A stretch of 49,089 nucleotides of DNA from the NCBI GenBank assembly GCA_039630085.1, contig JBCNVM010000010.1, forward strand, positions 1-49,089. Direction: 5' to 3'. This DNA comes from Candidatus Caldarchaeales archaeon. GTDB taxonomy: Archaea > Thermoproteota > Nitrososphaeria_A > Caldarchaeales > Calditenuaceae. This document shows, piece after piece, positions 8,728 through 18,519 of this stretch (positions within the stretch are counted from its first letter, which is position 1; each line of letters begins with the position of its first letter). The notes beneath the pieces were generated by a model. It had not been told where the DNA came from. It worked only from the letters and a program-made list of their open reading frames with translations, and ran no database searches. A program made the translations under genes and the position numbers.

Positions 8728-10137
8728 TCAGAGGCTCCTCCCCCAGCTCGAGGTGAAGCTCCCGGGCCTGTCGACGCGGTAGAACCCGTGCCTCCCGAAG
8801 TAGTCCCTTAGTGCCTGGACGACGTTGGCCGCGATCCATCCCGACGTCATCGACCCGAACCAGTTGAGCGCGGAGGAGGTGACCGGGACCGGCACGCCGA
8901 GCCTGACCGCCGTCGAGACGAAGCTCCTCCAGCCCGCGACGCCGTGCCTGAAGTCCCCAGAGAACTCCTCGAGGAACTGGCCGAGCCTGTCGCCGGCCGC
9001 CGACTCGAAGGCGGAGTGGGCCCTCTCGACGACCTTGGACCTGATTATGCAGCCGGCCCTCCAGACCCTGAAGGCCTCCGCGGGGTCGAACCCGTACCCG
9101 AGCCTCTTGGAGGCCTCGGAGAGGAGGAGGAGGCCCTGGGCGTAGGAGGCGAGGTGGGTGAGGTAGAGCGACGACCTAGCGGCCTCGAGGAGCTCCTGCC
9201 TGTCGGGTTCCCTCGCGGGCCTCACGGCGCACGAGTGCTTCGAGTACGCGGACCTGAGGTCCTTCCTCGCGCTGACGAACCTGTAGTGGACGGCCTCGTC
9301 GATCGAGGGCGCCGGGACGCCGAGCTCGAGGGAGAGCTGGCTGGTCCAGACGCCGGTCCCCTTCTGCTCTGCAACGTCGAGGACCTTCTCGATCAGGAGC
9401 TCCCCGTCCTCCCTGTGACTGAGGACGTCGGCGGTCGCCTCGATGAGGAAGGAGGAGAGCTCGCCCCTCGACCACTCCCTGAAGACCTCCGAGAGCTCTT
9501 CGTTGGTCGCGTTCAGCGCCTCCCTGAGCAGGTGGTAGGTCTCCGCGATCGAGCCCATCAGCGCGTACTCGATCCCGTTGTGGACCGTCTTGACGAGGTG
9601 ACCCGAGCCCCCTGGCCCGAAGTAACCGACGCAGGGCTCTCCCCGGAAGTCGGCCGCGACCCTCCTCAGGACCTCCTCGAGCCCGGAGTAGCCGGGGAGC
9701 GAGCCTCCGGCCATGATCGAGGGCCCCTTCAGCGCGCCTTCGTAGCCCCCGCTGACGCCCATCCCGACGAACTCGACGGACCTCGACCTCAGCTCCATCT
9801 CCCTCCTGTCCGAGTCCCTGAAGTGGGAGTTCCCGCAGTCGACTACGACGTCGCCCTCCTCGAGGTGCGGGAGCAGGGACCCGATCACCTCGTCGACAGG
9901 GGGGCCGGCCTTGACGAAGACGAAGACCCTCCTCGGCCTCTCGAGGGACCTCACGAACTCCTCGACGGTGTAGGTCGGCGAGACCTCGCGGCCCTCGGGG
10001 ACCCTAGCGGCGAACTCCCTCGTCCTCTCCGGCGTCCTGTTGTAGACCGAGACCCTCAGCCCCCTCCCCGCGAGGTTGAGCGCGAAGCCCTCGCCCATCG
10101 CTCCGAGCCCGAAGACGCCGACGTCCGACCCCCGCAT
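8728..10137 (-). CDS. gnd: 6-phosphogluconate dehydrogenase, decarboxylating, NADP-type long-chain
   Basis: GLGAMG, YNRT, DCGNSHF, GVSGG, KTVHNGIEY, QKGTGVW, WRAGCIIRS, QALRDYFGRH. Confidence 0.95.
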   Translation of the reverse strand: MRGSDVGVFGLGAMGEGFALNLAGRGLRVSVYNRTPERTREFAARVPEGREVSPTYTVEEFVRSLERPRRVFVFVKAGPPVDEVIGSLLPHLEEGDVVVDCGNSHFRDSDRREMELRSRSVEFVGMGVSGGYEGALKGPSIMAGGSLPGYSGLEEVLRRVAADFRGEPCVGYFGPGGSGHLVKTVHNGIEYALMGSIAETYHLLREALNATNEELSEVFREWSRGELSSFLIEATADVLSHREDGELLIEKVLDVAEQKGTGVWTSQLSLELGVPAPSIDEAVHYRFVSARKDLRSAYSKHSCAVRPAREPDRQELLEAARSSLYLTHLASYAQGLLLLSEASKRLGYGFDPAEAFRVWRAGCIIRSKVVERAHSAFESAAGDRLGQFLEEFSGDFRHGVAGWRSFVSTAVRLGVPVPVTSSALNWFGSMTSGWIAANVVQALRDYFGRHGFYRVDRPGSFTSSWGRSL

Positions 10138-10202
10138 CGCCGCCAGTCGAAGGAGGCACCTCACTAAAGCGGTTGCGCGGAGAAGGAGCGGTCCCTGTAG
10201 GC

Positions 10203-11162
10203 CTATCCGGGGACGACGTGCGTCCCTTCCTCACCATCGACGGAGCTGAGGACCTTCCGCCTCTCGGTGATTATCGCCTCCTTCCCGCCGGACTCAACGA
10301 ACCTGATGGCCGCGAGGACCTTCGGGCCCATGCTCCCGGCCTCGAAGTGTCCCCCATCGTAGTACCTCTTCAGCTCGGTGACCGTCACCCTCCCGAGCCT
10401 CCTCTGTCCGGGCTTCCCGAAGTCGACGTAAGCCCCGTCGACGTCGGTCAGTATCACCAGCTTGTCGGCCCTTATGAGGGTCGCGAGCCGCTCGCTGGCC
10501 AGGTCCTTGTCGATCACCGCCTCGATACCTTCCGCCCTCCACCCGTCCCTCTCGATGATCGGTATGCCTCCGCCGCCGCAGGCGACGACGATGAACCCCG
10601 CGTCGACGAGCGTCCTGATCGCGTGCCTCTCCGCGATGATCTTCGGGTCCGGAGAGGGGACGACCCTCCTCCACCCTCCCCTTGCCTTGTCCTCCCTGAA
10701 GACGTACTCCGGGTGCTCGGCCCTGAACCTCGCCACCTCCTCCTCGGTGTAGTAAGGCCCCACGGGCTTCGTCGGGTTCCTGAAGGCCGGGTCCTCCGGG
10801 TCGACGATCACCCTGGTTATCACCGTGATCACGTACTTGTCGATCCCCCTTCCCTTCAGCTCCGTCCTGAGGGCCTGCTGGATCATGTACCCGATGAAGC
10901 CCTGCGTCTCCGCGCCGCAGACGTCCATCGGGAACGGAGGTATGCCGAAGAGCTTCCGGCCGGCCTCGTGCCTGAGCATATGCGCGCCGATCTGGGGGCC
11001 GTTGCCGTGGGTTATGACCAGCCTGTACCCCCTTTCGACGAGGTCCGCGAGGTACTTCGCGGTCTCGACGACGTTGCCGTACTGCTCGTCGAAGGACCCC
11101 TTCTGGCCCCTCTGGAGGAGCGCGTTTCCGCCCAGCGCGACGACCAGGAGCTGACCGGTCAA
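10203..11162 (-). CDS. arcC: Carbamate kinase
   Basis: VALGGNAL, THGNGPQ, PTKPVGP, WRRVVPSP, GGGGIP, VIDKD, GSMGPK. Confidence 0.95.
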   Translation of the reverse strand: MTGQLLVVALGGNALLQRGQKGSFDEQYGNVVETAKYLADLVERGYRLVITHGNGPQIGAHMLRHEAGRKLFGIPPFPMDVCGAETQGFIGYMIQQALRTELKGRGIDKYVITVITRVIVDPEDPAFRNPTKPVGPYYTEEEVARFRAEHPEYVFREDKARGGWRRVVPSPDPKIIAERHAIRTLVDAGFIVVACGGGGIPIIERDGWRAEGIEAVIDKDLASERLATLIRADKLVILTDVDGAYVDFGKPGQRRLGRVTVTELKRYYDGGHFEAGSMGPKVLAAIRFVESGGKEAIITERRKVLSSVDGEEGTHVVPG

Positions 11163-11169
11163 GCGCGGA

Positions 11170-13521
11170 TCACCTCGGCCTCCACACCAGACCCGCCTCC
11201 GCGAGCGCCCTCAGGACCAGCTCGGGCTTTAAGGGTGTCTCCTTGGTGTGGACGCCGATCGCGTCGGCGACCGCGTTCGCTATCGAGGCCATCGGGAGGA
11301 CCACTGGTATCTCACCCATCGCCTTCGCGCCCAGCGCGCCGATCGGGCCGGGCGACTCGACGACCTCGTGGACGATCTCCCCGGGGACCTCCGCGGATGA
11401 AGGTATCAGGTAGCCCTGCAGGCCGAGCGTCACGGGGACGCCGCCGACGTGGAGCATCTCCTCGGTCAGCGCGTGGCCCAGTCCCATGATCGAACCTCCC
11501 TCGATCACCGCCTGGAGGCCCAGGGGGTTGATTGCGCGGCCGACGTCGTAGACCGCGGTCATCCTGATCACCCTGACGAGCCCCGTCACCGTGTCGACCT
11601 CGACCTCCGAGACCAGCGCCCCGAACGTGTACTGGTTGTAGGGAGCTCCCTGTCCGGTCTCCTTGTCCCACCTGGTGTCCGGGGCCTTGTAGTATCCCTC
11701 CGCGGACGTCTCGACGCCGATCGACCTCGCCCTCCTCACCAGCTCCGCGAAGCTCATCGACCTCGACGGGTCTCCCCTGACCCCGACCCTTCCGCCGGCG
11801 AACTCGACCTCCTCCCTCCCGCACCCGAGGAGCTCCGCGGCCACGCTCTCCAACCTCTCCCTGAGCTTCGCGGCCGCCGCGAGGGCCGCCCTTCCGCCGA
11901 TCACCGTCGTCCTCGAGGCGACCGTGGGCCCCGGGTTCTTGACCGCGCTGGTGTCGGGCCTCAGGACCTGGACGTCCTCGACCCTCAGCCCGAAGGCCTC
12001 GGCCGCGATCATCGCGAGGGACGTCATCGCGCCGGTGCCGTACTCGGTCAGGCCTGTGTGGAGCTTCAGCGTCCCGTCGGGCTCGGCCCTCAGGTGGACG
12101 ATCGCGTAGTCGTCGCCCTCGGGGCCCAGCGTGTTGCCGTGGTAGAGGAGCGCGACGCCGATCCCCCTCCTGTACCTCCCTCCCGCGGAGTTGAACCTCC
12201 TGTACTCGGACCTCCTCTCGGACCACCTCGAGAGCGACCTGGCCCTCTCGATGCACCTGACGAGCCCGTCGTCGTCGATCCTCTGAGAGGTCGCGGTGAG
12301 GGACCCGGGCCTGAGGGCGTTCATGGCCCTGAGCTCGAACGGGTCCATCTCCAGCCTCTTGGCGAGCAGGTCCATCTGGACCTCGGCCGCGAAGAGGGCC
12401 TGCGGCGCGCCGAAGCCCCTGGTGGAGCCCGCGACGGTGTTGTTCGTGAGGACCGCGTATCCGTCCGCCCAGACGTTCGGGACCTCGTAGGGCCCGGTGC
12501 AGTGGAAGGTCGCCCTCTGGATGACCAGGTGGCCCTTGGAGATGTAGGCGCCGGTGTCGGCGTAGAGCGTCGACCTCCAGGCCAGCAGCCTGCCTTCCGA
12601 GGTCGCGCCGGTCTCGTTGACGATCACGAACCTGTGCCTCTTGGTCTGGACCGCCATCGCCTCCTCCCTGGTGAAGGTCGCGAGGGCCGGCCTCCTGTTC
12701 CTGATCGCCGCGAGCGAAGCGTAGGCCGCGACGTCGATAGGGGACTCGTCGGACTTGGGCCCGAAGCCGCCGCCGGTTGCGGCTTGGACGACCCTCACCT
12801 TCTCGGGCGGGAGGCCGAGGATCGCGGAGACCCTCGCGTGGACATCGAACGGGTTCTGCATCGAGGCGATGCAGGTGACCCCTCCGTCGAGGTCCGGATA
12901 CGCGTAGGCGACCTCGATCTCGATCGGCAGGCCGTCCATGAAGGGCGTCCTGAACTCGTTCCTCAGGACGACGTCGGACCTCGCGAAACCCTCCTCGACG
13001 TTCCCCTTCCTGATCTTGACGTGGTTGACGAGGTTCCCCTGCTCCTGGACTTTGGGCGCCCTGGGGTCGAGGGCCTCGACCGGGTCGAAGACCGCCGGGA
13101 CCGGCTCGTACTCGACCCTGAACCTCCTGACACCTTCCTCGGCCGCCTCCTCGCCGACGCCTACGACGAGCGCGACGGCCTCGCCGAAGTGCCTGACCCT
13201 GTCGACCGCGAGCAGGGGCCTGTCGGGGGTGAGGGAGCCCGCGAGGTTCGCCCCCGGAATCTCCCTGTGGGTGATCGCGTCCACGACGCCCTCGACCGCC
13301 CTCGCCGCAGAGGGGTCGACCCTCCTGATCAGGGCGTGCGGGTGGGGCGACCTGACGGCCCTAACTACCAGCGGCCTCTCCGCGAGGAGGTCCGAGGTGT
13401 ACATGGGCCTGCCGAGGACCGCGTCGAGCGCGTCGACCCTCGCGACCCTCTTGCCGACGACGAAGAACTCCCTCGCCCTGAGGATCTCCTCGAACCTCCT
13501 GACGACCTCCTCGTCCATCAT
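11170..13521 (-). CDS. Xanthine dehydrogenase family molybdopterin-binding large subunit
   Basis: RSPHPHA, GGGFGPK, RGFGAPQ, ASRTT, DVGRAINP, AKAMGE. Confidence 0.92.
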   Translation of the reverse strand: MMDEEVVRRFEEILRAREFFVVGKRVARVDALDAVLGRPMYTSDLLAERPLVVRAVRSPHPHALIRRVDPSAARAVEGVVDAITHREIPGANLAGSLTPDRPLLAVDRVRHFGEAVALVVGVGEEAAEEGVRRFRVEYEPVPAVFDPVEALDPRAPKVQEQGNLVNHVKIRKGNVEEGFARSDVVLRNEFRTPFMDGLPIEIEVAYAYPDLDGGVTCIASMQNPFDVHARVSAILGLPPEKVRVVQAATGGGFGPKSDESPIDVAAYASLAAIRNRRPALATFTREEAMAVQTKRHRFVIVNETGATSEGRLLAWRSTLYADTGAYISKGHLVIQRATFHCTGPYEVPNVWADGYAVLTNNTVAGSTRGFGAPQALFAAEVQMDLLAKRLEMDPFELRAMNALRPGSLTATSQRIDDDGLVRCIERARSLSRWSERRSEYRRFNSAGGRYRRGIGVALLYHGNTLGPEGDDYAIVHLRAEPDGTLKLHTGLTEYGTGAMTSLAMIAAEAFGLRVEDVQVLRPDTSAVKNPGPTVASRTTVIGGRAALAAAAKLRERLESVAAELLGCGREEVEFAGGRVGVRGDPSRSMSFAELVRRARSIGVETSAEGYYKAPDTRWDKETGQGAPYNQYTFGALVSEVEVDTVTGLVRVIRMTAVYDVGRAINPLGLQAVIEGGSIMGLGHALTEEMLHVGGVPVTLGLQGYLIPSSAEVPGEIVHEVVESPGPIGALGAKAMGEIPVVLPMASIANAVADAIGVHTKETPLKPELVLRALAEAGLVWRPR

Positions 13522-13982
13522 ACCGAGCCCGACCTCGCGGCGGCCAGCCTCACCGCCTCCTCGAACCTCACGTAGCTCCCGCACCTGCACATGATCCCCC
13601 TGAAGGCCCACCTGACCTGCTCCTTGGAGGAGAGGCGCCTGTCGTGGAGCCACTTGGCCACGAGGACCGCGGCGGGTATGCAGTAGCCGCACTGGACCGC
13701 GCCCGCGTCGACGAAGGCCCTCTGGACCGGGTGGAGGGACTCCGCGGAACCTATACCCTCGACGGTCGTCACGTTACTGCCGTCGGCCCGGTAGGCCAGC
13801 ACGAGGCAGGAGTGGACCGGGACTCCGTCCATGAGGACCATGCAGACGCCGCAGTCGCCCTCGCCGCAGCCCTCCTTGACGCCCATCAGCCCCAGCCTGT
13901 AGCGGAGGACGTCGACGAGCCTCTCGTTCTCCCTCACCTCGAGCGAATAACTCCGACCGTTGACCTTGAGGCTGACGTTCAC
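13518..13982 (-). CDS. Xanthine dehydrogenase family (2Fe-2S) small subunit
   Basis: GCGEGDCGVC...HSC, QCGYC, CRCG. Confidence 0.92.
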   Translation of the reverse strand: MNVSLKVNGRSYSLEVRENERLVDVLRYRLGLMGVKEGCGEGDCGVCMVLMDGVPVHSCLVLAYRADGSNVTTVEGIGSAESLHPVQRAFVDAGAVQCGYCIPAAVLVAKWLHDRRLSSKEQVRWAFRGIMCRCGSYVRFEEAVRLAAARSGSV

Positions 13983-14857
13983 GGCCCCAGCACCTCGAGC
14001 AGCCTCGCGCCCAGCAGCCGCGCGGTCACCTCCCGCCTGTAGGCCTCCGAGGCGAAGCGGCTCCCCTCCGGCCTCAACTCGCGCATCGCGGCCTCCATGA
14101 CCCGCTCGACCGTCGCCCCGTCGACCCTGGAGCCCCTGAGGACCGCCTCGGCCTCGAGGAGCCTTCCTTGGACGTTCCCTGACCTGTAAGCGGCCGAGAG
14201 CCTGCAGTCCTCGACGACTCGCCCCGAGACCTTCAGGCCGAAGGCCACGGCCACTAGGGGCCACTTCGAGCAGGAGAGCGAGACCTTCTCGAACCCGTAG
14301 ACCCAGCCGTCGGGCTTGCGGGGGAAGACGAGGTGGGTCGCGACCGTCCCGGCGTAGGACCCCCTCGAGGAGAGGTAGGAGCACAGGTCGACCTCGGAGG
14401 TCCCGTCGCGGCCCGCGAGCCTGACCCTCGCGTCGAGGACGAGCCCGACCGTCAGGAGGTCCTCAGTCGAGAGCCCCACGCCCACCGAACCTCCGACCGT
14501 CGCGAGGTTCGCGATGTGGGGCGAAGTGTGCTTGCGGAGGAACGAGCTCACCAGCTCAGCAGCCGGGCCCTCGAGCGCTCCGGGCAGTTCCGAGTGCCTG
14601 GTCATCCCGCCCACCGCGACCCCGTCGGCAGCCCTAGAGACGCCGCGGAGGTCCCTGACGAAAGAGAGGTCCACGAGCTCCTCGGCCCTGGCCGTGCCGA
14701 GCCTGAGCGCGGGAAGCAGGTGCGTCCCCCCGGAGATCAGGAGGGAGCCGGGCGAGCTGTTGAGCCTCTCGACGGCCTCTCCGACCGTCTTGGGCCTGTA
14801 GACCCTGAAGGCCGGAAGCCTTAGGTGGCCGAAGAGCAGCTCCGTCTCCTGCGACAC
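13979..14857 (-). CDS. Xanthine dehydrogenase family FAD-binding medium subunit
   Basis: SGGTHL, IANLATVGG, SEAYRR; operonic with the other two subunits. Confidence 0.88.
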   Translation of the reverse strand: MSQETELLFGHLRLPAFRVYRPKTVGEAVERLNSSPGSLLISGGTHLLPALRLGTARAEELVDLSFVRDLRGVSRAADGVAVGGMTRHSELPGALEGPAAELVSSFLRKHTSPHIANLATVGGSVGVGLSTEDLLTVGLVLDARVRLAGRDGTSEVDLCSYLSSRGSYAGTVATHLVFPRKPDGWVYGFEKVSLSCSKWPLVAVAFGLKVSGRVVEDCRLSAAYRSGNVQGRLLEAEAVLRGSRVDGATVERVMEAAMRELRPEGSRFASEAYRREVTARLLGARLLEVLGP

Positions 14858-14903
14858 GTCCTATATGGTGCTCCCCGTCGTAATATTCTTACTCCGCAGC
14901 AGC

Positions 14904-15521
14904 TCATCCCAAGAGTTCCGAGACCTCGATGGCCGCGGCGAGGGCCAGCAGGATGACCGCGACGGGCAGTCGGGAGGCCGAGAGCTTGAGGTAGGAGCGG
15001 AGGAAGTCGGGCGAGTCGACGCGGGGCGAGCTTAGGACGGCCTCCGCCACCACTAGGACCGCGCACATCTCGACGGCCATGAAGAGCCTCGGCCCGGAGA
15101 CGAGGGAGCTGGCGCCCATCCCGAAGGCGACCAGCGAGGGGACCGCGATCGACGAGGCCCTTACCATCCAGGCCCTCCGACGGACCGAGGCGGCGGGCTC
15201 TACGGCGAGGTCGCGGGAACGCCGGCGGCGCGACCTGAGCTCCGCCTCGTAGCCCCACCTGACGACGAGGGGCATCGAGAGGAAGACGAGCGCAGAGGTC
15301 AGGTTGTTGAACAGTATGGCGGCGTAGAGGGCGATGTGAGGGTCGCCGGAGAGCCCGTAGACGGCCCTCGCGACGTAAGAGACCCTGGCTAGGACCAGCT
15401 GGAAGAGGGGAGTCTCCGAGAGGAGCTCGACCGCAGCCCCCGGGCCGGGCCCGCCCGCCGCCGCGACGGCGAGCAGGGCCGCACCGGTCGCCGACGCCAG
15501 GACGGACCGCAGGCCTCCCAT
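14904..15521 (-). CDS. Integral membrane protein (SpoIIM/DUF95-like)
   Basis: ILFNN and C-terminal LLALAAAIEV; several TM segments. Confidence 0.55.
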   Translation of the reverse strand: MGGLRSVLASATGAALLAVAAAGGPGPGAAVELLSETPLFQLVLARVSYVARAVYGLSGDPHIALYAAILFNNLTSALVFLSMPLVVRWGYEAELRSRRRRSRDLAVEPAASVRRRAWMVRASSIAVPSLVAFGMGASSLVSGPRLFMAVEMCAVLVVAEAVLSSPRVDSPDFLRSYLKLSASRLPVAVILLALAAAIEVSELLG

Positions 15522-15626
15522 CGGAGGGTTCGCGGAAAGGGAGGCACATATGCCGTTCGCTCTCCCGGCCGATGACCGAGGGGACGGGTCACCGACTTAA
15601 GGGAGGAGGGAGGTGGACGCGTCGGA

Positions 15627-16700
15627 GTGACCGAGGAGCTGCGGAGGCTGAAGGAGTGGGTCAGGTCCAACGGGTTCGGAAGGGTGCTGGTCCAGTGCCC
15701 CCCGGGCCTGACACAAGCTGCCCTCGAGGTGGGCGAGGCGCTGAGGTCGATGGGCGTCGAGGTGGTGATGTCGGGGTCGCCGTGCTGGGGAGGGTGCGAC
15801 GTCGCGGTCGGGGAAGCGCTGAGCGTAGGGTGCGACGCGGTCGTCCACGTGGGACACTCGAGGTTCGTCCGGGTGAGGGAGGTCCCCGTGTTCTACTACG
15901 AGGCCAGATACAATAACTACGGGCCGCTGAGCGACCTGCTCCCGAAGCTGAGGGAGCACCTCGAGGGGACGAGGAGGGTCTCGCTGGGGATGACGGTCCA
16001 GTGGCTAGACTTCCTCGAGAGGTTCGCGGAGGACCTGAAGTCGATGGGGCTCGAGGTCCTCATCGGCGAGCCCGGAGGCCACTTGGTCCACAGGGGCCAG
16101 GTCCTCGGGTGCGACTACTCGACGATGCTCCCGCTCGACCCGCTGGTGGACGCGCACATCGTCGTGGGCTCGGTCTTCCACGGGCTGGGGCTGGCTCTGG
16201 CCGCGAGGAAGGAGGTCTACGCGGTCGACCCGCACGCGCAGAGGGTGACGCCGCTCGGAGAGCTCGCGAGGAGGACGCTGATGAGGAGGTACGGCCAGAT
16301 CGAGAGGTTCAGGTCCTCGAGGAGGGTGGGGGTTGTGGTCTCGGTGAAGCCGGGGCAGAGGCACTTCGGGCTGGCGAAGTGGATCGCGGAGAGGCTGAGG
16401 TCCAAGGGAATAGAGGCGGAGGTGGTCGTGGTGGACGAGGTGAGGCCGGAGGACCTCGAGGGGAGGTACGAGGCGCTCGTGAACACCGCGTGCCCGAGGC
16501 TGAGCGTCGAGGACCAGGAGAGGTTCAGGGTCTCTGTCCTCCTGCCAGGAGAGGCGATGGTGGCCCTCGGCGAGCTGGGCTGGGAGGAGCTCCTCGAGAG
16601 GGGCTTGGTCTCCCCTTACCCGCAGAGCTGGGTCACGTCCCTGGCCCGGGCTTCTGGGAACTCCTCGACCTCCTCGCGACGAGGACCTTCGAGGGCCTGA
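15627..16700 (+). CDS. dph2: Diphthamide biosynthesis radical SAM enzyme Dph2
   Basis: QCPPGL, CWGGCD, HVGHS, GQVLGCD, KPGQ, ACPRL. Confidence 0.93.
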   Translation: MTEELRRLKEWVRSNGFGRVLVQCPPGLTQAALEVGEALRSMGVEVVMSGSPCWGGCDVAVGEALSVGCDAVVHVGHSRFVRVREVPVFYYEARYNNYGPLSDLLPKLREHLEGTRRVSLGMTVQWLDFLERFAEDLKSMGLEVLIGEPGGHLVHRGQVLGCDYSTMLPLDPLVDAHIVVGSVFHGLGLALAARKEVYAVDPHAQRVTPLGELARRTLMRRYGQIERFRSSRRVGVVVSVKPGQRHFGLAKWIAERLRSKGIEAEVVVVDEVRPEDLEGRYEALVNTACPRLSVEDQERFRVSVLLPGEAMVALGELGWEELLERGLVSPYPQSWVTSLARASGNSSTSSRRGPSRA

Positions 16701-17121
16701 GGACGACGTCGTCGAAGGTGAAGCCCCGCTCGATCTCCGCCACGACCGTGCCCTCCTCTGCCTCCTCGGTCTCGACGTACCCCACGGCCTCGTGGAGTCT
16801 TGTGTCGAAGGGCTTCCCGACCGACTCGATCACCCTCACGCCCTCCGACTCGAGGGCCCTCAGGACGTTGCTGGCCATCAGCCTGAACCCCTCCGCGACC
16901 TGCCTGAGCTGCTCGTCCTCGGATAGGCCCCTCACCGTCTCGGAGACCCTGAGAAGGGTCGTGTGGACCTCGACGAGCTGCCTGAGGACCCGCTCGAAGG
17001 CCGCCATGAGCCTCGCGACCTCAGCCCTGAGCTGCAGGTTCTCCCTCCTGAGCCGCTCGACCTCCTCGGCCGCCAGCTCCTGAGGTTCCGCCCGGCGCTC
17101 CTCCTCAACGCCCTCCTCCAT
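16633..17121 (-). CDS. grpE: Nucleotide exchange factor GrpE
   Basis: Coiled coil followed by GKPFDTRLHEAV...RGF..DDVVLRPSKVLV. Confidence 0.85.
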   Translation of the reverse strand: MEEGVEEERRAEPQELAAEEVERLRRENLQLRAEVARLMAAFERVLRQLVEVHTTLLRVSETVRGLSEDEQLRQVAEGFRLMASNVLRALESEGVRVIESVGKPFDTRLHEAVGYVETEEAEEGTVVAEIERGFTFDDVVLRPSKVLVARRSRSSQKPGPGT

Positions 17122-17213
17122 CCGCGCACGTCAAGCTCGGGCCCCGTATGTAAATCCGTCCCTCCCGGAGGCGGAGATACTCCCATAACCGGGGACGGAG
17201 CCATGTCGTTCGG

Positions 17214-17990
17214 TTGGTCAGGGTCGCGATCGTCCAGACGCCGGTGCTCGAGAGCCCCGCCGAGACGATCGAATGGGCGTGCAGGGCGATGACCGAGTCC
17301 GATGCCCGGGCCGAGCTCTACCTCCTCCCCGAGGCTTGGATCCACAGGGCTCCAATCGCCGACGTCGCCGGCGCGGTCGAGGCCTCGGAGCTGGCCGTCG
17401 CGAGGCTCGCTGAGGCAGCGAGGTCCCTGAACGGGTGGGTCGTCGCGGGAGGACTCTACGCGCTGGTCGAGGGGAGACCGGTCGCGAGGGTCCCTGTCAT
17501 CTCGCCGGGAGGAGAGGTGGTCGGTCATCAGGACAAGGTCCACCCCTACAAGGAGGAGAGGCTGGTGCTGAGGAGGGGGAGGGAGTTCAGGACCTTCGAG
17601 GCCGCGGGCGTGAGGTTCGGGATACTGGTCTGCCACGACGTCGTCTACCCGGAGGCCGCGAGGACGCTGGTCCTGAAGGGAGCGGAGCTCCTGCTGAACC
17701 CCTCGAGGATAAGGAGGGAGGGCGTCGAGCCCTGGCACATCTACCTTAGGGCCAGGGCCCTCGAGAACCGTTGTCAAGTCGTTGGGTGCAACGTCGTCCT
17801 CGGGAGCTCCTTCGACGGCAGGTCCCTCGCGGTCGACCTGGTCGAGCTGAGGGGAGGCGTGGTGCTGACGCGGGAGGCGCAGGCTGGCGAGCAGCCGGCG
17901 GTGTTGTCCGTCGAGCTGGACCCGAAGAGGCTCGAGCACCTCAGGGCCGAGAGGCTCGGGAACAGGCTGAGGGAGGCATACGAGCTCTGA
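17214..17990 (+). CDS. Carbon-nitrogen hydrolase (nitrilase family)
   Basis: Catalytic E (LPE), K (DKVH), C (VCHD); RARALEN. Confidence 0.9.
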   Translation: MVRVAIVQTPVLESPAETIEWACRAMTESDARAELYLLPEAWIHRAPIADVAGAVEASELAVARLAEAARSLNGWVVAGGLYALVEGRPVARVPVISPGGEVVGHQDKVHPYKEERLVLRRGREFRTFEAAGVRFGILVCHDVVYPEAARTLVLKGAELLLNPSRIRREGVEPWHIYLRARALENRCQVVGCNVVLGSSFDGRSLAVDLVELRGGVVLTREAQAGEQPAVLSVELDPKRLEHLRAERLGNRLREAYEL

Positions 17991-17993
17991 GGC

Positions 17994-18449
17994 TCAGTAC
18001 TGCTCCGCGACGACCTCGACGTGGATCAGCGTCCTGTTGTGGGGCGAGGCCCTCCCGAACGCCCTCGGGAAGTACCCCTCTATCGTCCTCCCCCTGTGGA
18101 CCGCCGCGTGGACGATCCTGAGCCTCGAAGTGTCCAGCCCCTTGAACTCCGCGTTCGCCTCTAGCGACTCGAGGAGCTTCAGGAGGAGCCTGGCGGGCTT
18201 GACAGGGTAGCCTCCGGGGCCCTTCGTCTCGGAGTGGTGGGCCCTCAGCTTCCTGTACCTCCTGTAGGGGATCATCCTCCTCTTCGCGATCACGTCCTCG
18301 AGCAGCCTCTTCGCGTCCTCGAGGTCCATCCCCTTGATGGCCGCGCAGACCTCCCTCGTCCACTTCGGAGAGGCGTCGACCTCCCTGAGGCTCGCCTTCG
18401 CGGCCCTCGACTCGTCGAGCCCCTGGACCGAGTAACGCCACGTCGGCAT
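17994..18449 (-). CDS. rpl22: 50S ribosomal protein L22 (uL22)
   Basis: SPKWTREVC, IPYRRY, GYPVK, PRAFGRASP, HVEVV. Confidence 0.95.
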   Translation of the reverse strand: MPTWRYSVQGLDESRAAKASLREVDASPKWTREVCAAIKGMDLEDAKRLLEDVIAKRRMIPYRRYRKLRAHHSETKGPGGYPVKPARLLLKLLESLEANAEFKGLDTSRLRIVHAAVHRGRTIEGYFPRAFGRASPHNRTLIHVEVVAEQY

Positions 18450-18519
18450 GGGTCCCGGATGAAGTCCAGCGGGCACTTTTTGACGTTTTCCCGGCAGAGG
18501 CCGCCTCCCCGCGGAGGGG

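Noticed and set aside
11449-13575. Many long antisense or alternate-frame ORFs (e.g. 708 aa here; also 20002-21627 and 22663-24207)
   Set aside because: Shadow ORFs expected in high-GC DNA; they overlap clearly recognisable genes and have Arg/Pro/Gly-biased composition.
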